Origin: a phage
DNA: 64,000 nucleotides
NCBI GenBank assembly: GCA_019897865.1
Contig: GCA_019897865.1_4532.1
Reading direction: 5' to 3' (one strand)
The first letter of the stretch is position 1. Each line of letters opens with the position of its first letter. The notes beneath the pieces are model-generated. The model searched no databases. It was not told where the DNA came from and was given only the letters and a program-made list of their open reading frames with translations. A program made the position numbers and the translations under genes. Shown in pieces: positions 1 through 8,548 of this stretch.

Positions 1-296
1 AAAAAAACTTTAAATACTGTGGGCGCGCAAAATTTTTAAAATTTTCCTTGATTTTTGAGTTTTGTTTTGTATCTAACATTTTAAGATAATTTTCCTAAAC
101 TTTAAATTTTGGTTTTCAACTTTCACTTTTGTAAATTCTTAAAAAGTTTAAATAATTTGAGGGATTTTTGAGATAATGGATAGTGGGAATTTGATATAAC
201 CTTTAATCTTATTAGTAGACCTTCAGGAACCCACCTAGATCGAATCCTAGGGATGCAAACTGAAAAAGACAAGGGTTTGTATAGGACAAAATAATA

Positions 297-328
297 GGCT
301 CTCTACGGTGCTGTAGGAGCCTTATTTC
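297..328. terminator. Intrinsic terminator-like hairpin downstream of the leftward NADAR gene, T/A-rich on both sides
   Basis: ggctctctac/gtaggagcc stem with one bulge, followed by ttatttctg on + and tattatttt on the minus strand. Confidence 0.5.
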
Positions 329-377
329 TGTGCTACAAAGTGACACCTTTGTTCTAAAAATGAAAAAAGTTAAAATA

Positions 378-920
378 TCACAAATATCGTCTTTGCGGTA
401 TTTTGTCTGGGAAAAGTATTTCGATCAGTTTATTATGATATTTTCCTAAAAGATTCTGCCCTTTCCAGGTAGCAGGGTTTAGCACCCCTGGTTCATACAT
501 TCCCATTCCAATACCGTAAACCTTATCGTAAGGACTTGCTTCAACAAACGTTTTGTATTGGTAAAGGTGTAAGTCTGCATACAAATCTGGATTCTGTACA
601 TATTTCAAGCATAAGCCTCGCATAACAATACGCTCACGGTTCTCTTCCCACATATCATTATTAAAACCAGATACCGCTCGACCCATACGTTTGTAGTATG
701 CTTGTTTCCTCTCGTTGTCACGTATAGTTGAGTGATCAAGGATAGCTGCTGCAATCGCATGATCCTTGAACAGCAAAGCCTTACGCCACATCATATATTG
801 CTCAACACAACAGAAAGTCTCATTGTAACCTGGTTCAGTTTCTGTAAAGGGTGCAATATACCAATTACTAAACACATCTTTATGTGAAAAGAAGAATACA
901 TATTCATCAGTTATTCTCAT
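378..920 (-). CDS. NADAR-domain protein (YbiA-like ADP-ribose processing enzyme)
   Basis: 180 aa; FSNW, CVEQYMMWRKALLF, MGR and GIG..N.LG motifs resemble E. coli YbiA/NADAR. Confidence 0.7.
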   Translation of the reverse strand: MRITDEYVFFFSHKDVFSNWYIAPFTETEPGYNETFCCVEQYMMWRKALLFKDHAIAAAILDHSTIRDNERKQAYYKRMGRAVSGFNNDMWEENRERIVMRGLCLKYVQNPDLYADLHLYQYKTFVEASPYDKVYGIGMGMYEPGVLNPATWKGQNLLGKYHNKLIEILFPDKIPQRRYL

Positions 921-1096
921 TTTTTCATGCCTTCTAAAACTTTAGCTTGCCCGTCTTGAAAAGCTTTCATCAGAACTATCTTAAGATTGACTTCCAAACG
1001 TTCTTCATCCTCTCTATAACAATCCAACACTGCTTTAAGTTCATCATAGTGGTTCAGAATAGGTTTAAAGATTTCATGATCTGCTAAACGTGCCAT
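917..1096 (-). CDS. hypothetical small protein
   Basis: ORF in track (917..1132); second ATG at 1096 is preceded by AAGGAGA, first ATG has no RBS. Confidence 0.45.
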   Translation of the reverse strand: MARLADHEIFKPILNHYDELKAVLDCYREDEERLEVNLKIVLMKAFQDGQAKVLEGMKK

Positions 1097-1109
1097 AGTT
1101 TCTCCTTTG

Positions 1110-1475
1110 TTAGTCCATCCACCAGTAGCCATAAACTGCGTCTGCGTCGATGAGTTTGTGTTTGTTGTTCCGCATGTAGTCTAAGATAAGTAGACGTTTA
1201 TTGTATCTGGAGAGATTATGACCCTCTTTTCCGCCATAGTCAAAATATTTTGCAAGATCTTTACACTCAAACAAAATCAGTTCGGGAGTTTCTTCACACT
1301 GGTCTGTCTGGTACACTTGACGAATGATCATGTATACATCGTCGTCTTCCGCTAAATGCTCTACTGGTCCACATCCAGCAGGAACAAATTCATAGTCCCA
1401 TCTGATCAGATGTTTCTCTACTGCTTCAAAGAAGTCCATTCTTTCGTTGCGCATAATTTGAACGTCAACTAACAT
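1110..1475 (-). CDS. hypothetical protein
   Basis: 121-aa ORF, GGAGG-containing RBS upstream (rc of ctcctctctc at 1481-1490). Confidence 0.5.
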   Translation of the reverse strand: MLVDVQIMRNERMDFFEAVEKHLIRWDYEFVPAGCGPVEHLAEDDDVYMIIRQVYQTDQCEETPELILFECKDLAKYFDYGGKEGHNLSRYNKRLLILDYMRNNKHKLIDADAVYGYWWMD

Positions 1476-2929
1476 GTTTCCTCCTCTCTCATTATTCCAC
1501 CTGCTTGGTTGATAGCACTTAAGACGATAGCCAAATCCTCGCGCAGGAAGGTTTCACTATGACCATCTTTCATGTGCAAGCGTTCTACACAGCCAATAGA
1601 CGGTAGAATCTGATCAGTCTTAGACTTTAGCTTACTCTCTAACGCCCTGCAAGCTTGGTAGGACGGCAGATCGAACAATGCTATACGGCGCATAGAGTAA
1701 TTGTTGTTTGCATTCTGCCCTTTGATCCTGATATCACTGTCCTTTGCAATCCCCAACTTGTAAGCTCCCGTGTCTTCTCCGTACTCATCAAGAATAATAT
1801 TGATGTAAAATTCTTGCATATTTCTGTTCTTACAGCCTGGACAACCTTTCCCATTGAGATAATCGGTAGGTGTGATCGTTTGCTCTCCATGCTCCCTACA
1901 TAGATATTTAAACTTGCTGTTATTGCTTACCTTATCAATGAATCCTATAAATTGATCCCCTCGTTCCTGGCAAGCTTTGGTCATACGGTAGGCCCATTGT
2001 TCAGGAGTGTAATGATAATATTTAGAACAACGGCAAGGAAGGCCACCCCTTTTCAAATGACTCATCTTCATCTCAAATTTATTATCGCATAAGCCTTCTT
2101 TACAATAATCATCCTCTGCACATATAGGACATTCTACAATCCAGTAAACCTGACGACCTAATCTATCTACTCTATCGCTACGATAATATTTACGCTCTAC
2201 ATTATCAGGACAAGCTTTTATAAAATCTTCAACATGTTGTTTATCCTCCATTGTATTCCTTTGTTTCGTCATTTCTCTTTGACAACTGTAGCATCCAGTC
2301 CCTTGTTTAGCACTGTTTACAGTGGTAGTGCACCATTGACCATGAACCTTACACTCACAAATCAACTTAGTGCGGGAACCGTTCCACGGTTCCACATAGC
2401 CTCTAACAATCCAGGGTTTTTCTTTATAAGCTTCTTCTACTTCTTCTTTATGTTTCTCCCATGCAATCGATGTTCTTTCTCTGTTTGCTTCTCCCATACA
2501 CTTCCTGCATCCACTCCCGTTTTTCGCAGAAGATATAGAAGTAGACCTCCACTCCCCATGTAAAGCACAACAACAAACCAGTTTAGTATTCCATCCTTTC
2601 CATTCTCCGTGCCATCCTGTAACAGTCCAAAACTTACCTGCCTGATTGTAAGTGGTTTGCACTTCTTCTTTATATTGCTCCCAGGTTTTTGATTTGTTTA
2701 TAGATACTGCTTTACTTATAATCTCCCTACCGCATTCTGGACAACCCCTCCCTAGTTTAGCGGTATTTATGCTTGTTGTTTTCCATTCTCCATGCAGAGC
2801 ACAGATGCATCTAAGTTTAGTTTTATTGCCGTTCCACGGCTCAATATAATCTACAACAGTCCAAGACTTACCTTGATAAGCTTGTTTTATATCTGTTTTA
2901 TATTGTTCCCAAGTGACTATTTTTGGCAC
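1469..2929 (-). CDS. Homing-endonuclease-like protein: three tandem ~66-aa Zn-ribbon repeats plus GIY-YIG/T5orf172-like C-terminal domain
   Basis: 486 aa; repeated W..YK...W.G..TKL.C.CALHGEW...S.AK.G.GC..C units; C-terminus FYINI...YKLGIAKD...R...E; GTG start with GGAGG RBS. Confidence 0.5.
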   Translation of the reverse strand: MPKIVTWEQYKTDIKQAYQGKSWTVVDYIEPWNGNKTKLRCICALHGEWKTTSINTAKLGRGCPECGREIISKAVSINKSKTWEQYKEEVQTTYNQAGKFWTVTGWHGEWKGWNTKLVCCCALHGEWRSTSISSAKNGSGCRKCMGEANRERTSIAWEKHKEEVEEAYKEKPWIVRGYVEPWNGSRTKLICECKVHGQWCTTTVNSAKQGTGCYSCQREMTKQRNTMEDKQHVEDFIKACPDNVERKYYRSDRVDRLGRQVYWIVECPICAEDDYCKEGLCDNKFEMKMSHLKRGGLPCRCSKYYHYTPEQWAYRMTKACQERGDQFIGFIDKVSNNSKFKYLCREHGEQTITPTDYLNGKGCPGCKNRNMQEFYINIILDEYGEDTGAYKLGIAKDSDIRIKGQNANNNYSMRRIALFDLPSYQACRALESKLKSKTDQILPSIGCVERLHMKDGHSETFLREDLAIVLSAINQAGGIMREEETC

Positions 2930-3017
2930 ACCTCCCCCTTTAGCTATTAGTGCGAGCCTACAACAAAAGAATAACTAAAATCCCTCCATAACAAATGCCC
3001 CTTGCGGGGCATCTTTA

Positions 3018-4157
3018 TTAGAACACGCTACCAAGTGTAGTGGAACGTTGTGTTACAGGCTCCAGCACCACTCGCAAAGTGTTTCCTGGTGTAGTGCTCA
3101 TAACCAGAATCTTACCACCTTCAATCAGATCACAAGTTAGACCATCAGCCGTTGCACATAGATCAATATGTGGATCACCATCTTCATCCAGGATAACATA
3201 ACTGTTGGTTTCCATTGCTTCCACTTCATCATCTTTCAAACTTTGTAGATAGATGTTCAGGGAACAAGCACCCGACAAAAACTTAGTAGGGGTGAAGTCG
3301 TGCCAGTTATTGATCCAATTCACCTTCAAGGTTTTGCCATTAGCTACGATAGAAGCCACATTCCATTTAGCATCGTTCCCTAAAGAAATACCCATCATTT
3401 CAAGACATTCTTTAAAAGTCATTTTTGGATAGAAATTCAATTCTTCTACAATGCCTTGAATAACATCGAAAGACAACTCTGTGCTAACATCCCATAAACG
3501 TTGGAAGTTATCTACGTGCTTTTTATTTACCAAGTTCTTATCCAAGTAATCTAACATAGTTTCACTAGACAGTTTATCGTAATTGAAACTGTAGTAGATA
3601 CGACTAGGACGGTTTACAAAATATTCCGAGATATAACCACTATTTTTAGTGAGGATGTAAAGTTTATTCCCACTTCCTGTTCCATCCAACAAGGTCAACA
3701 GTGCTTCCTGATCTTCTTTCTTAGCGTACACTTTATCAAATTCGTCAAATAAAACAACAGCACGATCTGTAATTTTACTCATAAATTCTAAGAAGCCAGC
3801 ATCTGTGTAAGGCTGTGTAACCAAAATGGTTGGAATACCTAAACCTTCTGTGGACATTAGAGACATGCTAATTAGTTTAGCTAACATCGTCTTACCACTG
3901 CCTTTTGTCCCTGTCAGTAACACCCCAGTATTTTTACCTTCTTTACTACGACGAGCAAATGTTTTAATAACATGTGCGGCGCGATCTTTAGTTTCCCCAT
4001 AAAGAGTGTTCGGAAGAGAGAAACTTTCACCACGCACTAAAGAGTAGTTACCGTGCGGATCGCAGTTGACAACCCAAACTCCAGCAGGAAGTTTATTAGC
4101 TTCAACGCCATATTCCTTATTTACAACAGCTACATCTCCAAAAATAGTGTATTTCAT
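3018..4157 (-). CDS. AAA-type ATPase
   Basis: 379 aa; Walker A GTKGSGKT and Walker B VVLFDEFDK. Confidence 0.65.
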   Translation of the reverse strand: MKYTIFGDVAVVNKEYGVEANKLPAGVWVVNCDPHGNYSLVRGESFSLPNTLYGETKDRAAHVIKTFARRSKEGKNTGVLLTGTKGSGKTMLAKLISMSLMSTEGLGIPTILVTQPYTDAGFLEFMSKITDRAVVLFDEFDKVYAKKEDQEALLTLLDGTGSGNKLYILTKNSGYISEYFVNRPSRIYYSFNYDKLSSETMLDYLDKNLVNKKHVDNFQRLWDVSTELSFDVIQGIVEELNFYPKMTFKECLEMMGISLGNDAKWNVASIVANGKTLKVNWINNWHDFTPTKFLSGACSLNIYLQSLKDDEVEAMETNSYVILDEDGDPHIDLCATADGLTCDLIEGGKILVMSTTPGNTLRVVLEPVTQRSTTLGSVF

Positions 4158-4513
4158 TAGAACGTTTCTCCTTTTAAAATAATTACTGTAAACTTTGCAG
4201 TTTTTTCACTCTTAATATTCTTGACTAATAAGTATTCTCCTCCAGGGGCATCTTTGTATTGTTTAATAGCTACTATTTCATTTTTGCAAGTAGCTATAAT
4301 CGAATAAAAAGGACGTTCCGTGTTATCTTCTTTTCCCGTATATGCCTCAACATCTTTACACTCTTCTAGAACACCATTCCCAGGTGTATAGTAAAACTTA
4401 TTGCCTGTGATCACAACATCTTTACCAATATCTGTTTTAACTGCTACAAATTTTTGAGCGTAAGTGGTGAAGCTTACGGTAGCCAGCAATGTGGCTAAGA
4501 TTAGTTTTTTCAT
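4157..4513 (-). CDS. secreted/periplasmic protein with N-terminal signal peptide
   Basis: Track ORF 4157..4543; internal ATG at 4513 preceded by AGGAGGG; MKKLILATLLATVSFTTYAQ signal peptide. Confidence 0.55.
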   Translation of the reverse strand: MKKLILATLLATVSFTTYAQKFVAVKTDIGKDVVITGNKFYYTPGNGVLEECKDVEAYTGKEDNTERPFYSIIATCKNEIVAIKQYKDAPGGEYLLVKNIKSEKTAKFTVIILKGETF

Positions 4514-4524
4514 AAACTTCCCTC

Positions 4525-4689
4525 CTATTCCCACAACATACAAATCGCAGCGACAAACATATTAGCAATAGCCGCACCAAGAACTATAAACATCGCCAGT
4601 TCAGAACAATATTCACCAACCAAAGGGGATACTATTGCACAGAGTAACCCCAATGTCAAACACAAGTTGATGATGAAGTTTAAAATCAT
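4525..4689 (-). CDS. small hydrophobic membrane protein (54 aa), not in ORF track
   Basis: Hand-translated MILNFIINLCLTLGLLCAIVSPLVGEYCSELAMFIVLGAAIANMFVAAICMLWE; AAGGAGAG RBS upstream; fills an otherwise empty gap. Confidence 0.45.
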   Translation of the reverse strand: MILNFIINLCLTLGLLCAIVSPLVGEYCSELAMFIVLGAAIANMFVAAICMLWE

Positions 4690-4698
4690 ATTCTCTCC

Positions 4699-4890
4699 TT
4701 ACAACCAACCTTTTGCCTGATAGCCTTTAGAAAATCCATCTTCCCATTCTTCGAATTCCTTTTTGTGTGTCATTGGACAATATGGATTTACTTTATTAAA
4801 CATACCAAACTTGAACCCTGCGGTATACCCCTTCTTAAAAGCTATTGATTCTAAAGAGATCATATTCTTTCTCCTCTTAGAACTCGACAA
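4699..4890 (-). CDS. hypothetical small protein
   Basis: 63-aa ORF tiled in leftward operon. Confidence 0.4.
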   Translation of the reverse strand: MSSSKRRKNMISLESIAFKKGYTAGFKFGMFNKVNPYCPMTHKKEFEEWEDGFSKGYQAKGWL

Positions 4891-5128
4891 TGATTTTGTC
4901 TAAGTGTTCTGCTTCAACTTGGGATAATGTTAACACCTGCACCAAACCTCTGTCAATACCAATTTTAATGACTTGCAAATAATCACCAAAAAGATCTGAT
5001 AAAGAAATAGCATGTTCCGTAACTACAATAACTTCATTACCTTTAGTGTATTCTTTCCACACCCGACCACATTTATAAATGTAATCTTTTTGATCTTCAG
5101 TAATCATTTTAGGTTTGATACTTAACAT
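4877..5128 (-). CDS. hypothetical protein
   Basis: 83-aa ORF tiled in leftward operon. Confidence 0.45.
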   Translation of the reverse strand: MLSIKPKMITEDQKDYIYKCGRVWKEYTKGNEVIVVTEHAISLSDLFGDYLQVIKIGIDRGLVQVLTLSQVEAEHLDKIIVEF

Positions 5129-5493
5129 TACATACTCCCGTATTCTGGTTCAATATTATGTTTACGACAAATGGTATCCCAACGTTCATTACCAAAACTT
5201 CTTCCATGTAGAGCGTTAAATGCGAAATGCTCTGCCAACCACAATACTACATCATCAGGATCTGTGTCAAGAGGAATTCTAAACTCTCGATCATAACGCA
5301 TACGCAGAATAAAATCCTTATCATCTTCAAGGAGATACATGTGACTTTTAGCCCGTGATGCCAAATCAAAGAAAGGAGGCTCATCTTTCCAAACGTGACG
5401 CTCAACTTCAACACCATGATCTACTACCAGAGTAGCGATCACCTCTCTCATTTCTTTACTAAACATATTACCTCCATTAACCAATGAGTTCAA
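5128..5493 (-). CDS. hypothetical protein
   Basis: 121-aa ORF, abuts neighbours. Confidence 0.5.
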   Translation of the reverse strand: MNSLVNGGNMFSKEMREVIATLVVDHGVEVERHVWKDEPPFFDLASRAKSHMYLLEDDKDFILRMRYDREFRIPLDTDPDDVVLWLAEHFAFNALHGRSFGNERWDTICRKHNIEPEYGSM

Positions 5494-5665
5494 CTGCTTT
5501 GCAGATGTAGATCCAAACCGGAGTGAGCATAAGAGCTATACCGAATGCACAATTCCACTTAATTCCCATTTCCTCTATTAGAGACATGATTAAGCCAACA
5601 GCACTAATAATCAGATAGATCCCTAAGAAAGCCATTGTGAAGAATTCAGACATATTTAGCTCCAA
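5477..5665 (-). CDS. small membrane protein
   Basis: 62 aa with two hydrophobic helices. Confidence 0.4.
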   Translation of the reverse strand: MELNMSEFFTMAFLGIYLIISAVGLIMSLIEEMGIKWNCAFGIALMLTPVWIYICKAVELIG

Positions 5666-6012
5666 AGATTATCAAAATAACTAGCGAATAAAAGACGGCC
5701 CTCTAACCGTGCCTTCCTTTGATCTTCAGCATACACGATTTCTGGATTACCACTATCAATAAAAGCATTCTCCATCTTTTCTAAAATATTTAACCACTCT
5801 CTTCTACCTGTCTCCTCTTCTTCATCTGTATACGGCGCACTTCTATTTGGATACAAAACACGCATCAGTTTAGTGGGGATCATGACAAACGTGCTATTGT
5901 TTGCCTTCTCGCGGAAGGCTTTAATTCCTGCATAGATTACCTTCCCCAAAGCTGCATCCAAATCCATCAGGTCACTTTCTTCTATTTGAATTTCATCGTG
6001 TACAATTTTCAT
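5656..6012 (-). CDS. hypothetical protein
   Basis: 118-aa ORF. Confidence 0.5.
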   Translation of the reverse strand: MKIVHDEIQIEESDLMDLDAALGKVIYAGIKAFREKANNSTFVMIPTKLMRVLYPNRSAPYTDEEEETGRREWLNILEKMENAFIDSGNPEIVYAEDQRKARLEGRLLFASYFDNLWS

Positions 6013-6296
6013 CGTGCCTTCTCCCGATCTGCGTCCAATTTCAACAAGAAGGTTGCATACTCTTCTGAGCCTTGATGCAAGAACATACGATAAGAACTTA
6101 CCAGTTTCTTGGTCGTTGTATAACGTTCCATTTCCCCAACAACACCTCCACCCAGGGTGTAGAGCACAACACCCTCAAACCCAACATGAGTTACTACTTC
6201 AACCAAGTCTGTGTTATCCCAATGGTAGTTAGGTGACACAATAAGATCGCCAACTGCCAGTTTAATGTTTGCTACTTCATTTTGTGAATAATACAT
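6009..6296 (-). CDS. hypothetical protein
   Basis: 95-aa ORF overlapping neighbour by 4 nt. Confidence 0.5.
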   Translation of the reverse strand: MYYSQNEVANIKLAVGDLIVSPNYHWDNTDLVEVVTHVGFEGVVLYTLGGGVVGEMERYTTTKKLVSSYRMFLHQGSEEYATFLLKLDADREKAR

Positions 6297-6308
6297 TTGG
6301 TTCTCCTC

Positions 6309-6602
6309 TCACATTAAGACACGTTTTGTATCGATGGGTGCATTATCAAACATGTTAAGAACATTGTCAAGCAGTTTTACTAATTCATTTGTAATTTGTT
6401 CTTTTGAACGGGAGGAAGTGAGCACTTTGCTTTCACCAACGATATGCATAACTTTTATAGGAGCATCTAAAATAATGTTGTGCTGACGATCCTCTTCAAA
6501 AGAAGCCAACCATTTCTCGTTGTTACCGTGTAAGGCTACAATGACACCAAAACCGTTAATTGTCTCAGAAATATTCTTAGTTGCTAAAGTAATGTTCATC
6601 AT
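6309..6602 (-). CDS. hypothetical protein (first gene of leftward operon)
   Basis: 97-aa ORF; tandem ATG ATG preceded by GAGGT. Confidence 0.5.
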   Translation of the reverse strand: MMNITLATKNISETINGFGVIVALHGNNEKWLASFEEDRQHNIILDAPIKVMHIVGESKVLTSSRSKEQITNELVKLLDNVLNMFDNAPIDTKRVLM

Positions 6603-6627
6603 CTACCTCTCTTGTTAATGTTCATAT

Positions 6628-6686
6628 ATGATACCTGAAAATAATTTCAGATCAAGTATTGACATGCTTTTTAGTCCTGTTAAGAT
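6628..6686. promoter_or_regulatory. Divergent sigma70-like promoters: rightward TTGACA-N16-TGnTAAGAT, leftward TTGATC-N16-TATCAT
   Basis: Rightward -35 at 6659-6664, -10 at 6681-6686 with TG at 6678-6679; leftward -35 is rc of 6650-6655, -10 is rc of 6628-6633. Confidence 0.5.
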
Positions 6687-6716
6687 CAACTCATACAAAA
6701 CAAGAGGAGAAAACAA

Positions 6717-7151
6717 ATGCAAAACATCAAACTAACTTGGACCGAAGCTAAAGAAGCAATGAAGGAAGGTAGACGTGTTGAGCACAGTTATTTTTGCGGT
6801 GGTGAATGGTTTGAGATGCGAGATGGTGTTATTCTCGACGAACAAGGTTATAACATGGAAACTTGGTTCAGAGGGGAAGCTTGGCAGGAAGAGGGTTGGT
6901 CTGTAATTGAAAAAGAAGACAGTAAGGAAGAAGGCGTGTTGTCTAATGTAGAACGCAAGATGAGGGAAACAAAGATACCTGCTTTGGATTTTGTATACCT
7001 GGAAGAACTTGTGGCAGCATCTTTTGTAGCAGGAAATCTTTGGAATACACCTGTTAGCCGACTGGAGAACCAAAATAACCCATCTGCTCGTAATCACAAG
7101 CTTTATAAGGGTAAAGGTCACAACAAATTAAAGAAAGGAAAGAAGAAATGA
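6717..7151 (+). CDS. hypothetical protein; N-terminal region weakly DUF2829/Tad2-like
   Basis: 144 aa; EAKEAMKEGRRV...GEAWQEEGWSV pattern; lysine-rich tail. Confidence 0.5.
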   Translation: MQNIKLTWTEAKEAMKEGRRVEHSYFCGGEWFEMRDGVILDEQGYNMETWFRGEAWQEEGWSVIEKEDSKEEGVLSNVERKMRETKIPALDFVYLEELVAASFVAGNLWNTPVSRLENQNNPSARNHKLYKGKGHNKLKKGKKK

Positions 7152-7294
7152 TCTACAAAAACAAGTTCACTGGTTGTCTCCGTAAATTTATCGATAAGAA
7201 AGGGTATGTTTCTCTTGACAACGGGGTTACATGGACAGAGAATGGCACTTCAGAACAGCTGATCAAAGCTTTGCCTTACTACGAGGAGGTTTAA
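7148..7294 (+). CDS. hypothetical small protein (48 aa), not in ORF track
   Basis: ATG overlaps upstream stop; ends at TAA immediately before next ATG. Confidence 0.35.
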   Translation: MIYKNKFTGCLRKFIDKKGYVSLDNGVTWTENGTSEQLIKALPYYEEV

Positions 7295-7618
7295 ATGTCA
7301 AACAGTTTGTTTAGCGTGTCAATTGCACCACGTGTCAACATCCGTTGTCAGTTTGTTACTTTACCTGGTGTAACGCATATCACATTAGAATACGATCCTC
7401 GCTCACGAGACAACCCAATCACAGGGAAAATTGATTGTGCTTATGGAGACTTTGTTATGGATCACCAAACCCTCTTATGCTGTGTGCAACGCTTACAGGC
7501 AGGATCTTTATACATCTTTAAGAAAACAGTGTTCCAAGAGATTGCTCAAGCAGTTGAAAGCGGTATGGAGACTCTTAACGTTATGATTGAAGCAGCCAAC
7601 CAGAAGGAGGTTTTATGA
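7295..7618 (+). CDS. hypothetical protein
   Basis: 107-aa ORF with GAGGAGG RBS. Confidence 0.5.
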   Translation: MSNSLFSVSIAPRVNIRCQFVTLPGVTHITLEYDPRSRDNPITGKIDCAYGDFVMDHQTLLCCVQRLQAGSLYIFKKTVFQEIAQAVESGMETLNVMIEAANQKEVL

Positions 7619-7872
7619 CACTTTATCACGTAACCACTGAAGGCGATACCGAAGGTCGTACTACGAAAGATTTAGGGTATGTTGAAGCAGATTCCCCTGA
7701 ACACGCAATTAAGTATTTGCATTCCATCGGTAAATATGCGACTTATGAATATACTATCTACAAGGTTGAAGTTAGCCCTATACAAGTGGCAACTCCTATG
7801 GTAGAGTTGAAACATCTTAAGGCAAAAGTAAGACCTGGTATAGTGTCCGATTACAAAGGGGAAGTAAAGTGA
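7615..7872 (+). CDS. hypothetical protein
   Basis: 85-aa ORF, 4-nt overlap with upstream gene, AGGAGG RBS. Confidence 0.5.
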   Translation: MTLYHVTTEGDTEGRTTKDLGYVEADSPEHAIKYLHSIGKYATYEYTIYKVEVSPIQVATPMVELKHLKAKVRPGIVSDYKGEVK

Positions 7873-8081
7873 GTGGATGGATTAAAGTATCTGGTACCGA
7901 GGATGTTCCTATCGGAGAGTGGCTTGTAATCATGGCAAACGGCAAGAAGGGATTCTGTGAAGTTAACAAAACACGCAATGGCACGATAGCTGTTATCAAT
8001 GGTCATTTTTATTTTGACTTGGCACCTGTGATCGCATACCATGCACTACCAACATATGAAGAGGAGATTAACAATGGCTAA
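7869..8081 (+). CDS. hypothetical protein
   Basis: 70-aa ORF, GTG start overlapping upstream stop. Confidence 0.45.
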   Translation: MSGWIKVSGTEDVPIGEWLVIMANGKKGFCEVNKTRNGTIAVINGHFYFDLAPVIAYHALPTYEEEINNG

Positions 8082-8397
8082 CAAAGAACCACATGTATAC
8101 ACTGCACTGGTAAAGCACTTGAACAAAGAACGTAACAAGATCATTGCAGATTATCGTAAATTTAAACGTAGTAGTCTAAATCGTAAATACATGCCACATG
8201 CAGCTTTTGACGCTACACGTGCAGTGTTTCGTGCAAAGATTGCAGAAATGGATAATCTGCTTAAGCTTGCACGATTATCTATTCAGGCATCCAAAGTAAC
8301 AGGAGTCACTCACTTCTTTGACTTCGATACTAAAGCACTATATGCACCAGAAGCAGGTGAACAATTGATTTATCTACTTACCAAAAATAAGTGTTGA
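8074..8397 (+). CDS. hypothetical protein
   Basis: Track ORF 8041..8397; ATG at 8074 preceded by GAGGAG. Confidence 0.5.
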   Translation: MANKEPHVYTALVKHLNKERNKIIADYRKFKRSSLNRKYMPHAAFDATRAVFRAKIAEMDNLLKLARLSIQASKVTGVTHFFDFDTKALYAPEAGEQLIYLLTKNKC

Positions 8398-8439
8398 CTT
8401 TTTTCAAAAAATATGCTACCCTAACCCCGAAGGGTCGAG

Positions 8440-8548
8440 CGATAGCGAGTATAGATTATGTAATAGATTAATCTCTATCGTTAGATGTTCGAAGAACAGA
8501 GATTTAAGTACTTGTTCTTATCGGTAGATGATCGTAAGATCAAGAACA
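8440..8548 (+). promoter_or_regulatory. Repeat-rich intergenic control region (direct and inverted repeats, candidate weak promoter TTGTTC-N17-TAAGAT)
   Basis: cgatag/ctatcg inverted repeat; tagatta x2; tcgttagatgttcg vs tcggtagatgatcg direct repeat; aagaaca at 8492-8498 and 8542-8548 with inverted copy at 8513-8519. Confidence 0.4.

Noticed and set aside
225-260. Possible tRNA gene suggested by a TCGAATCC T-loop-like sequence
   Set aside because: The stem closes an 8-nt rather than 7-nt loop, and no complementary acceptor stem or anticodon arm could be found; at most a remnant.
1655-2849. Plus-strand ORFs (1655-1903, 2234-2563, 2652-2849) and minus ORF 1681-1890 inside the Zn-ribbon repeat gene
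   Set aside because: All lie within the 486-aa minus-strand gene; translations are low-complexity and lack start signals.
8394-8417. Promoter TTGACT (8394-8399) with TATGCT -10
   Set aside because: Spacer is only 12 bp; an alternative weaker promoter further downstream is reported instead.
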